This document shows positions 1 to 11,107 of a DNA stretch of 64,000 bases, in pieces. The notes beneath the pieces were generated by a model. That model was not told where the DNA came from and searched no databases. It saw only the letters and a program-made list of their open reading frames with translations. The DNA is from Rebecca billardiae RCC1528. Lineage: Eukaryota > Protista > Haptophyta. Within the stretch, counting starts at the first letter, position 1, and the number at the start of each line of letters is the position of its first letter. The stretch lies in assembly GCA_965240325.2 (NCBI GenBank), contig OZ251248.1, positions 1,036,554 to 1,100,553 on the forward strand, given 5' to 3'. The position numbers and the translations under genes are program-made.

Positions 1-2338
1 CCGCGCCGCCGCCGCGCTCGCCCTCGGCGCCGTCGGCGGGCACGGCGGGCGCGGGCGCGGCGGCGCCGCCGTCGTGGCCGTGCGGCGCGCGCAGCCCCGC
101 CGTCTCCGCCGGGCACGGCGGCAGCGCCTCCGCCTCGGCCGGGTCGCCGCCGAGCGCGCACACGCCTGGCGCGAGGTCGTCGCAGCAGTCGCCGAACGAC
201 GCGCAGTGCTCGCGGCCGCAGCGGCAGCTCGAGCCGTCGGCGAAGATGAGCCGCTCGAGCACGGGGAGCGCGGAGCGCCGCGCGGGCAGCACGCCCGGCA
301 GCGCCCCCGCGCCGCCGCGCCGCGCCGCGCCCACGCCCAGCCCGGGCCCGAACCGGCCGCGCACGCCGGGGTCTTGCTTGCCGATGTCCTGCCCGATGGG
401 GAGCTGCGTGGGCGGCGGCGACTCGCCGCGGAGCTTGCGGCCCATCCAGTCGTCCCAGCGGTGCAGGATGGCGCTGTCCACTGCGGGCAGGGTGGTGGGG
501 AGGAGGGGGCGGAGGAGGGGACGGGGTCACTCGGCGCTCGGCTCGCGGGGCTGGCCGACCGGTGTGTGTGTGCGTGCGTGTGCGCGCGTGTGTGTGGCCG
601 CGGGCGCGCTGGCGGTGTGTGCGCGCGGGCGTGCGCAAGCGCGCGCGGCGGCCCCACGGCCGGAGGCACGCGCCGCCCGCCCCCCGCCCCGCCACGAGCG
701 CCCGCCCAGCCGCGCGCACGCCCCGCCCGCCGCCGCACACGCACCCTCCGGGTCCACCTTGCGCGCAAACATGAACGGAGAGCCGAACACCGCCTCCGCC
801 TCATCCACGCGCAGCACGCGCGGCCCGCCCACAAAGTTCCAGCCGACGGTGGACCAGTAGGAGCCCGGGTCGCCGTGGTAGTGCGGCCAGTCGATCCAGC
901 GCAGGTTGTGGTGGAAGAGCGTGCCGTTGTACGGCGAGTGCATCGCGAGGGTCTGGAGGAACATCTCATCGCTCAGGACGCGCCGCTCAAAGACGCGCGC
1001 CCAGCGCCGGCCTGTTTCGTCGCGGTGAATGAACTCGGCGAGCTTGCGGTGCAGGATCACCCACTGCGAGCCGGACCAGTACTCCTCGCCCTCGCGGCGC
1101 CGCGGCACCTCCACCCCGCCCACGGTATCGTACACCACGGGGCCGGAGCGGCCGAAGCAGCAGTAGGGCGTGGGCGTGATGTCAAAGACGGCGCCGCTGA
1201 GCCCCACAAAGCCGTAACCGCCGCACTCGACCACGGGGTGGCGCTCGGCGAACTCGAGCGTGCGCTCGACCAGCTCGCCGCGGCCGGCGTGCACCTGCGC
1301 CGCGGCGGGCGGGCGGGGACGGCGGCGGGCGCGTGTCTGCGCGCGGAGGCCGGCTGGCGCGCGGGCGCAAGGCCGTGCCGCCTGCGGTGGCCGGTGGCCG
1401 CGCGCGTGCGCGCGCGCGCGCGCGCGCGCGTGCGTGCGTGTGCGCGCGCGGTCCACGCACACGCACGCACACACAGTTGCTCCACCCCGGCCCGCGCGCA
1501 CACCTGCATGAAGCTGTAGGTCGTCTCCTTGAACGGGCGCAGCCAGGCCACCACCTCCGCGTTGGTGCGCAGCGCCAGGTCCGCGTCAGACAGGTTGATC
1601 AGAAAGTCAAAGTCGAGCGACATCTGCGCACGCGCAGGCGCGGGGCGGTGCGTGTCAGGCGCGGCCCGGCGCGCGTCGGGCCCGGCCCGGTGCGCGTCGA
1701 GCCCGGTGCGCGTCAGGCGCGGTGCGGCGCGTCGCGCGGCGCGCGGCGCGGCGCGTCGGCGCGCGGAGACTGGCGGCGGCGCGCGCGCGCAGCGCGGGCG
1801 GCGCGCGCACCTCGACGACGGTCTTGATGGCGTCGAGCAGCACGCTCACCATCGTGAACGCGCCCCACTGCACCAGCCGCCGGTTGCGCAGCACGTGCAC
1901 GTTCGCCAGCGGCGCCGCGTACTTTTCGATCTCCGCCTGCGCGGTGCCGTTCAGCTTGAGGTCGAGGTGAAGGAGGAAAAGGTGCGACGGGTGGTAGAGC
2001 GCGTGGATGAGGCGCGAGACGACGAGGTGGGAGTACGGGCGCGAGAGCATCACGAAGTACACCAGCCGCGGGTCGTGCGACGACGCGCGGTGCGACACGC
2101 GCACGCCGTGGAGCGGGTCGCCGTACAGCCGCGGGCCGAGACCGTGCGCGGACGCGAGCAGCGCCTGCCGCAGCGCGGTGCGGCAGCGCTCGGCGTCGGG
2201 CGCGGGGACGGGCGCGCCGGTGAAGTCGGTCAGGTTGAACACCGCGCCCCCGCCCGCCGCGTCCTCCGCCGCGAGCGTCGCGTCGATCTCGCGCCAGAGC
2301 GACTCGTCGTCGCGCGGCGGCGGCGGCGGCACGCCGCC

Positions 2339-2370
<32 letters not shown>

Positions 2371-2521
2371 CGGGGCGCGGCGGCATGGGGCGCGGCGGGT
2401 CGGCCGCCGCCGGCGGCGGCGTCGCGCGCCCCACGCACCCCGCCGCGAGCAGCAGCGCGCCCACCGTCGCCGCGCCGCGGCCGGCGCGCCGCCCGCGAGC
2501 AGCGCTCCGCGCCGTCGCCAT
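1..2521 (-). CDS. GT14 (Core-2/I-branching, peptide O-xylosyltransferase-like) glycosyltransferase; 3' end lies outside the window
   Basis: Exons 2521-1811, 1623-1504, 1294-745 and 480-<1 join in frame through GT..CAG introns. GT14 motifs present: LIHALYHPSHLFLLHLDLK, VQWGAFTMV, DFLINLSDAD, WSGSQWVILHR, SDEMFLQTL, NLRWIDW, FARKVDP. N-terminal hydrophobic anchor followed by a Pro-rich stem. Confidence 0.85.
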
Positions 2522-2689
2522 GCTGCGCTAGCTCACGAACGCCGCGCTGGCGAGTGCCCGGCGCGCGGGCAGTCCGGGTTGGGGCGAAAGGCTTGGATCC
2601 GGGCGCGCGCCGCCGCGGCGTGGCATTTCTTTTGGGCGTGGCCGCCCGCCTGCCTCTCCGTCGAGGGTTGCCAGCGCCCGACCGAGCAC

Positions 2690-3254
2690 ATGGCTGACGC
2701 GGCGGGCGCCGCCGCCGCGCTCGGCGGCGACGAGGGGCTGCTCGACGCGCCGGGCGGCGCGCACGCGACCTCGCTGCTCGTCGCGTACTGGGCCGCCGCC
2801 TCGCTCGTCGCGGGCTGCCTCTTCCTCTGCTGCTACGCGCTGCTGCCGCCCGTGCGGCAGACGCCCGGCTGGCAGCTGATGCGCTCGTCGGTGTGCGAGC
2901 TGTTCGAGTCGGCGCTCTGGGCGGGCGTCGGGCTGGTCGCGCCGCCGTACGCGCGCACCCTCTGGCCCCCGCTCCTCGCGTGCGACATCGCCGCCAACGG
3001 CCTGCGCCTCACGATGTACCTCGACCTGCTCGTGGTCTACCGAGATCCCTTCTCCCCGCGGCTGTACCGCCCGCTCTACTACGTGGCGGTGGCGGCGTGC
3101 GCGCTGGGCGGGACGGTGTCGGCGGTGCTGTGCGGCGCGTCGCCGCACGCGCCGCCCTCGCTCCTCCCCGCCGCGCCCCCCGCCTCCGAGCTGCTCGTGT
3201 GGGACCTGGTCTACCTGCCGTGTGCGGCGCTGTACACGGTCGGAGGTGTGTAGC

Positions 3255-3296
<42 letters not shown>

Positions 3297-3340
3297 ACAC
3301 CTGCCGTGTGCGGCGCTGTACACGGTCGGAGGTGTGTAGC

Positions 3341-3384
<44 letters not shown>

Positions 3385-3428
3385 ACACCTGCCGTGTGCG
3401 GCGCTGTACACGGTCGGAGGTGTGTAGC

Positions 3429-3464
<36 letters not shown>

Positions 3465-3508
3465 ACACCTGCCGTGTGCGGCGCTGTACACGGTCGGAGG
3501 TGTGTAGC

Positions 3509-3548
<40 letters not shown>

Positions 3549-3593
3549 ACACCTGCCGTGTGCGGCGCTGTACACGGTCGGAGGTGTGTAGCC

Positions 3594-3636
<43 letters not shown>

Positions 3637-3680
3637 ACACCTGCCGTGTGCGGCGCTGTACACGGTCGGAGGTGTGTAGC

Positions 3681-3728
<48 letters not shown>

Positions 3729-3772
3729 ACACCTGCCGTGTGCGGCGCTGTACACGGTCGGAGGTGTGTAGC

Positions 3773-3816
<44 letters not shown>

Positions 3817-3860
3817 ACACCTGCCGTGTGCGGCGCTGTACACGGTCGGAGGTGTGTAGC

Positions 3861-3900
<40 letters not shown>

Positions 3901-3944
3901 ACACCTGCCGTGTGCGGCGCTGTACACGGTCGGAGGTGTGTAGC

Positions 3945-3982
<38 letters not shown>

Positions 3983-4026
3983 ACACCTGCCGTGTGCGGC
4001 GCTGTACACGGTCGGAGGTGTGTAGC

Positions 4027-4072
<46 letters not shown>

Positions 4073-4116
4073 ACACCTGCCGTGTGCGGCGCTGTACACG
4101 GTCGGAGGTGTGTAGC

Positions 4117-4154
<38 letters not shown>

Positions 4155-4198
4155 ACACCTGCCGTGTGCGGCGCTGTACACGGTCGGAGGTGTGTAGC

Positions 4199-4238
<40 letters not shown>

Positions 4239-5511
4239 ACACCTGCCGTGTGCGGCGCTGCGCACACTGCGCACACTGCGCACACTGCGCACACTGCGCG
4301 TCACCTGCGCGTGCCACGCGTGAGCGGCGTGTGTGCGCGCGCAGGCAGCCGGCAGGCAGCCCACACGCCTCCCACCCCCCCCACGCCCCCCCCCCCGCGC
4401 AGGCGTCCTGTACCTGCTGCTGCGCGTGCTGCTGCTGCAGCGGCACGACTCTGCGTTCGCCCATGTCTCCGACCTCGGGCGGCTGCGCGCCGTGCGGCAC
4501 GCGGGCGCGTACCTGGGGATGTATGGCGCGCTGCTCGGCGCGCTCGTGCTCGTGTACACGCTCAACGAGCGCGCGGCGGCGGCGGGGTGCGGCCGCGCGG
4601 CGGCGGGCGGCGCGGCGGCGGGCGGCGGCGCGGGCGCGGCGGGCGCGCGCGGCGGCGCGGCGGCCGCGGGCTCGGCGGCGCTCGGCGCGGCGGCGGAGGC
4701 GCTCGCGTCCGCGCGCGACGGCGCGGCGGCGCGCGCGGGGTGCGCGCGGCTGCGGCACGCGCTCGTCGCGCTCACCGCCGGCCGCCCCGCCCTCGCCTTC
4801 CTCGGCTGGGCGTACATCAACGCCGTGCCTTGCCTGCTGCTGCGCGGCTGCGCGGGCGCGCGCGCGCGCGCGCCCGCCGCGCGGGCGGCGGCGCGCTCGC
4901 GCTGAGCACGCTGCTGCTGCGCGGCGGCGGCGCGCGGCGCGGCGGCGCGGGCGCAAAGGGCGGCGGCGCGGGCGGCGGCGCCGCCGACGCCGACGGCTGC
5001 GCGGGCGCGGGCGCGGGCGCCTGCGCGGGCGCCGCCGGGCTGCGCCAGCCGCTGCTGCCGCCGCCGCAGCGCGGCGCGTGCGGCAGCGGCGCCGCCGCCG
5101 ACTCGGCCGCCGCCGCCGCGCACGCGCCGCCGCCGCACGCGCCGCGCGCGCCCGTGCCGCCGGCCGAGCTGAGCGCCGCGCCCGCGTTCGGCGGCGTCGA
5201 CCTCGAGGCCGCCGGCGGCGGCGGCCGCGCCGCCCTGCGCGCGTCGGTGCCGCAGCTCGCGGCCGCGTGGCCGCCGCGGCCCAACGCGCCGCCGGGCGGC
5301 GGCTCGGCGGCGCCGTCGCCGACCGAAGCGCAGACGCCCTCGCCGCCGCCCACGCCGCTGCGCGAGCCCGCCGCCGCCGGCCCGGCGTCCCCACCCGGCG
5401 TGGTGCAGCAGCTGCGGTACGAGCTGGTGTACGAGGCGATGGCGGGGATCGGCGACGCGGCCAAGCTCGCGCTCGAGCACGCCAACGCGCGCAGGGGCGG
5501 CGGCGGCGCGC

Positions 5512-5543
<32 letters not shown>

Positions 5544-7867
5544 TACACGCCGGCGGGCGCGCGCACGCCGCCGCGCGCCGCCGACGCGGGCGGCGCGGAC
5601 GGCGGCGGCGGGCTGGGCGGCTACCTGGGCTGGGCGCTGCAGGGCGCGGCCGCGGCGGTGGGCGGCGGGCGCGCGCGCTCGCACTCGGGCGCGGACGAGT
5701 GGAGTGGTCGCTGGTCCGACGCGGGCGGCGGCGGCGGCGGCGGCGGCGGGCCCTGCGCTGCCGACGACGGCGGCGGCGCCGCCGCCGCCGCGGGCGCGGG
5801 CGCGGGCGACTCGGCCGCCGCGCCGCCGCGCGGCCGCGTGCGGCACTACGCGCGCGCCGATTTCGAGGCGATCCGGCAGGCGTGCCGCATCGACGCGGCC
5901 GAGTACGCGCGCGCCTTCCCGCAGGCGCCCGAGGCGCTGCTCGGGCCGGACTGGCAGCGCAGGCTCGCGGAAAGCGTCTCTGAGGGCGCGAGTGGTGCGC
6001 GCCGAGCGCGCGCCGAGCGCACGCGCGCCGAGCGCGGAGCGCGCGCGCCGCGCGCGCGCCGCGCCGCGCGCGCGCCGAGCGGCACGTGGCGGCGGGTCTG
6101 ACGCCGCCCCTGCGTGGCTGCGCGCGCGCGACGCGCGCAGGCTGCTTCTTCTACCGCGTGCGCCACGCCGACGGCTCGGACACCGGCTTCCTCGTCAAGC
6201 AGATCACGCCGGCTGAGAAGCGCGCGCTGCTGCGCATGCTGCCGGCATACCGGGCGCACGTGTGCGCGCGGATGGGGCGCACGCTGCTGCACTACTACGG
6301 GTGCCACTCGGTCAGGCTACGGTGCGTGCGCGCGCGCCGGGGGGCAGGGGCGCCGCTGCCGCCGCTGCCGCTGCTGCCGCCGCCGGCTGCTGCTGCTGCT
6401 GCTGCTGCTGCCGCAGCGCGGTGGGAGCCATCACAACGCGCGCGCGCAACACACACGCGCGCGCGCACACGCACACGCACACGCACACGCACACGCACAC
6501 GCACAACGCAAAGGGTGGCGATGGGGTGACTCCTGCGCGCACCCCGCCGCCCCCCTCGCCCCGCCCCTCGCAGCTGGGTGGCCTCCGTGCGCGTGTACTT
6601 CGTCGTGATGCGCAACTTCGTCCCCGTGGCACCGCACCTCGTCTTTGACCTCAAGGGCGCCACCGCCAACCGCAGAGCCCTCGCCTCGTCCTCGCTGTTC
6701 CGGCTCGACTCGAGCGGCGGAAGGGCGGCCGCCGCGGACGGGGCGGGCGCGGCGGGCGCGGGCGAGGGGCGCGGCGTGGGCGGGTGCGGCGGCGCGCACG
6801 CCGCGCCGCCGGGCGGCTCGGCCGAGCCCTCCGCCCTCCTCGCCTCCGCCGCGTCTGTCGCGCCCTTCTTCCGAAGGTCGGAGCGAACTCGCATGGGCCG
6901 GTCCAAGTACGGCACGCTGCGTGACTGGGAGTGGCTGGACGTGGCGATGGCGGCGGAGCTGCCGGCGGAGGAGCAGCTGCGGCTGGCGGAGACGCTCGAG
7001 GCGGACTGCGCGATGCTTGCCGGCCAGCGCGCCATCGACTATTCGCTCCTCGTCGCCGTCGCGCGCGTGGCGGACGCGGCGCGGCCGCGCGCCGCCGCGG
7101 CCGGCGCGGCCGGCGGCGGCGGCGGCGGCGGCGCGCTGAGCGGCGCGCACTACGGGGGCGGCGGCGGCGGGTGCAGCGCGCCGCCGACCATCTCCGCCAC
7201 GCGCCGCCTCCCCGCCGCGCCCGGCGGCCCCTCCTCCGCCGCCGCCTCCGCCGCCCTCGACCCCATCGAGAAGGCGCGCGTGCTGCGGCGGCTGCAGGCG
7301 GCCGGCGGCATCATTTCGCGCGACCGCCAAAAGGTCTACTTTGTCGGGATGATCGATGCGCTGAGCACGCACTCGGTGGGCTGGGTGCTGCAGGCGCAGG
7401 CGCTGCGCGCGCTGTACACGGCGGCGTGCCGCCCCGCCGCCGCCGACGGCATCACCGCCATGGCGCCGCACGCCTACGCGGAGCGGCTCGTCGCCTTTGT
7501 CGTCTCAGAGGTGCTCGCGCCCGAGTCGGAGCCGGCGCGCGCGCTGCGCGCGCGGCACGCGCGCGCGGTCGCGCGCTGGGCGCACCTGTGGGCGCGGCGG
7601 CGGCACGGGCTGCTGAGGGAGCGGATCGAGGCGGAGCGCGCCGACCTGACGATGCGCATCGCCGAGCTCGAGGGACTCATCCTCGAGCGGCTGCACGGCG
7701 GCGGCGGCGGCGGCGGCGGGAGCGGCGGCGGCGCGCCGCCGGGCGCGATAGCGTCGCTGCACGCGGCGGCGCCGGGCGGCGGCGGCGGCTCGGCGGGCGG
7801 CGGCGGGCCGAGCGCGATGGCGCACCACGCGACGCCCGCGCTGCAGCACCGCACCGGCTCGGGCTGA
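2690..7867 (+). CDS. GPCR-PIPK: 7TM domain fused to a phosphatidylinositol-phosphate kinase domain
   Basis: N-terminal region with multiple hydrophobic helices (exon 2690-3245, intron 3246-4402, exon from 4403). Linker LRYELVYEAMAGI matches LR(x)9GI. PIPK motifs: RHYARADFEAIR, SEGASGCFF, FLVKQI, YFVVMRN, FDLKGA, IDYSLL, YFVGMIDAL, PHAYAERL. Introns 5995-6140 and 6322-6573 splice in frame. The junction near 4825-5070 needs one more intron or an indel. Confidence 0.8.
3213..4260 (+). repeat. Compound minisatellite: 12 full units plus 1 partial unit (80-92 bp) of a fixed core plus variable (GT)n
   Basis: Core acctgccgtgtgcggcgctgtacacggtcggaggtgtgtagcctct followed by (gt)n and ggac. Unit starts at 3213, 3299, 3387, 3467, 3551, 3639, 3731, 3819, 3903, 3985, 4075, 4157 and 4241 (partial). 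Followed by about 4 copies of cgcacactg. Confidence 0.97.
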
Positions 7868-8249
7868 CGGCCGACTCGGGCCCAGACGAGCCACTGGGCG
7901 CCGCCGGGCGCGCGCGTGGCTGCTGCTCAGGCTGCAGCGGCGGCGGCAGCCTCTCGGAAGCCACTACTCAGCAGCAGCGCAGCAGCCGCTCGGGCGGCAT
8001 CGTCAGCAGTGGCGCGCCGCGGCGGCCGCCTATATATACTGCGCGCGACGATGACTGCGCTCTTTCGTTCGCTCTATATCTCGATCTTATCGATCTGCTG
8101 CTGCTCAGCATCTGCTCTAGATGCTGCTGATCGTCGCGATGATGATGATATCGATATACGCGCGCGTGCTCACTGCTCTAGAGCGCACTACCAGGGATCA
8201 CCAGCAGTCACTGCAGTCGTCAGCGATATGATATGGAGCGATATCGTCG

Positions 8250-9797
8250 TCACGGCCGGCCGCGCAGCCCGTTGCCGGCCGCGCGCGCGGCCGCGGGCGT
8301 GTGCCCCGCCGCGCCGCCCGCGTCCGCCTGGCCGGCGCGCGCGTTGGCCGCGCCGAAGGTCACCTCCTTGGCGCGCACCGCCTGCCACTGCCGCGCCTCC
8401 GCACCGCCGCGCGCCGGCTCGCGCCGCGGCTGCCCGCGGCTGAGCCCGGCCGACGAGACGGCACGCACCGCCGCCCGGCCACCGCCGCCGCCCGGCGGCG
8501 GCGCGCGCTGCGCCGGCGCGGCCGCGGCGGCCACGGCCTCGAGCTGCGCGGCGCGCTCGTGCGCGCGCGCGCACGCGGCGCGCACGTCGTCGAGCTCGGC
8601 GTCCGCGTCGGCCAGCGCCGCGCGCGCCGCCGCGCCGCTCGCCTGCGCGGCGCCCAGCTCGGCGCGCAGCGCGGCCGCTTCGGCCGCCCTCCGGCGCAGC
8701 GCGCCCTCCGCGCGCGCCCTGCGGCGCGCACACACACACACGCACACACACACACACACATACGCGCGGCGCGGCGCGGCGAGCGGACGGCCGGCGCACG
8801 ATGGCGGTGGCGCGCGCGCGCACGGGGGGCGTGAGGGCGCGTGCGCGCGCGGCGCGGCAGGGCGCGCGCGCGGCGCGCGCGCGCACCGCGCCGCCTCCTC
8901 CGCCGCCACCGACTCGGCCGCCGCCGCCGCCGCCACCTCCGCCGCCGCGGCCGCGACCGCGTGCCGCGCCGCCGCCGCGTCGGCCGCGGCGGCCGCGTCG
9001 GCGCGCGCGCGCTCGAGCTCGGCGGCGACGGCATCGGCGCGCGCCGCGGCGGCGCCGAGCTCCTTCGCCGCCTGCGCCGCCTCCGCCTCCGCGCGCGCGC
9101 GCTCGCCGTCCAGCGCCGCGCCCGCCTCCGCCGCCGCGCGCCGCGCCGCGTCCGCGTCCGCGCGCGCGCCGTCCGCGCGCGCGCGCGCGTCCGCGAGCGC
9201 GGCGCCGAGGCGCGCGGCGTCGGCGTCGGCGGCGTCGCGCGCGGCGCACGCGTCGCCACGCTCCGCGCCCGCGCGCGCCGTCGCCGCGCGCGCCTCGCGC
9301 AGCGCCGCGGCCGCACCCTCGGCCGCCGCGGCCGCCGCCGCCTCGGCCGCGGCCGCGGCCGCGGCCGCCGCGCCGCCGTCCGCGTCGGCGAGCGCGGCGC
9401 GCAGCGCGGCCTCGCGCGCGGCCGCGTGGGCGGCGCGCGCGCGCGCGTCGGCGTCGGCGCGCGACGCTTCGGCGCGCGCCTCGCGCAGCGCCGCCGCCGC
9501 CGCCTCCGCCTCCGCGCGGCCGCGCGCGCCCGCCTCCGCCGTGGCCGCGTCGGCGGCGGCCGCGGCCGCCGCGGCCGCCGCCTCGGCCGCGTCGGCGCGC
9601 GCGGCCGCGTCGGCGAGCTGCGCGCGCGCGTCGCGCAGCGCGGCCTCGTGCGCGCGCGCCGCGCCGGAGGCGTGGTCCGCCGCCGCGCGCGCGCCCTCCG
9701 CCGCGCGCGCCTCCGCCGCCGCGGCCGCGGCCGCCGCGCCGCCGTCCGCGTCGGCGAGCGCGGCGCGCAGCGCGGCCGCGGCCGCGCGCTCGGCGGC

Positions 9798-9829
<32 letters not shown>

Positions 9830-10432
9830 CCGCGTCGCGCGCGCGCGCGTCCGCGCGCACGTGCGCCGCCTCCGCGCCCTCCGCGCGCGCCGCCTCCTCC
9901 GCCGCGCGCGCCAGGGCCGCCTCGGCGCGCGCGGCCGCCGCGGCCGCGTCCGCGCGCGCCACCGCCTCCGCCGCCGCAGCCTCCGCCGCCGCGGCCGCGC
10001 CGCGCGCGTGCGCGTGCGCGCGCGCGCGCTCGGCGCCGAGCTGCGCGTGTGCCGCCTCGAGCGCGGCCTGGGTGCCGTCGAGCTGCGCGCGCGCCGCCGC
10101 CAGCGCCGCTTCGAGCTCGGCGCCGCGCGCGCGCGCCGCGCGCAGCTCGGCAGCGGCGGCCGCCGCCGACGCGGCCGCCTCGGCCGCGGGCGGCTGCGGC
10201 GGCGGCGCGGCGCGCGCGGCCGCGGGCTCGGCGGCGGCGGGCCGGGCGCGCGGCTCAGCCGCCGCCTCCGCCTCCTCCGCCTCCTCCGCCTCGTCGCCGC
10301 CCAGGCTGCTGCTGGGCGGTGAGCTCAGGGTGCGCTCCAGCGCGAGGGGCGCGCACCCGTCGTCGACGTCGCTGCCGCCGCCCGCGTCGGCGGCGCGCGG
10401 CCGCGGCGGCGCGGCGGCGGCGGCGGCGTTGG

Positions 10433-10471
<39 letters not shown>

Positions 10472-11043
10472 CGATGAAGGCAAAGCCGTGCGTGCGCGGG
10501 CGTTGCGCGCTCTCGGCCGGGCCGCCGGGCTGCTGCGCGTACCGCAGGTTGGGCGGCGCGCCACGCGCGCCGCCGCCCGTGCGCACCGCGGGCAGCGGCG
10601 GCGGCGGCTGCGGTGCCGGCGGCGGCGGCTGCGGTGCCGGCGGCGGCGGCGGCGCGGCGCCGTGCGGCGCGGCGGCCGCGGCGGGCGGCGGCGGCGCGGG
10701 CGCTGCGCGCGCGCGGCCGTCGGCAGTGTCGCCGCGCGCGTCGAGCAGCGCGGCCGCGTGCGCGGAGGCCCAGACCCCGCCGCCCTCCGCACCGTCCACG
10801 CCGCCGCCGCCGCCCGCCGCGCCGCCGTCCGCGCGCCCGCGCCACTGCCGCCGCATGAGCGGACCGTCCGAAAGGCGGCGCGGGCGCGGCCGCCACGCGC
10901 CGGCGCGCGGCGGCGGGAGCTCGGCGACGACCGAGGCGTTGAGTGCGTCCGCGTCGGGCGCGTGCTCCTCCGCGCCCTCCGCCGCGCCGCCCGCCCACGC
11001 CGCCGCCGCGGCCGATTCGCCGCCGCCGCCCCACGCGTCGCGA

Positions 11044-11107
<64 letters not shown>

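Noticed and set aside
3213-4260. CRISPR-like repeat/spacer appearance
   Set aside because: The 'spacers' are only (GT)n of varying length, the repeat is a copy of host exon sequence, there are no cas genes, and the context is a eukaryotic intron.
2528-5983. Long HTHT/VCVC-rich ORFs across the repeat
   Set aside because: They are translations of the (GT)n minisatellite, not credible proteins.
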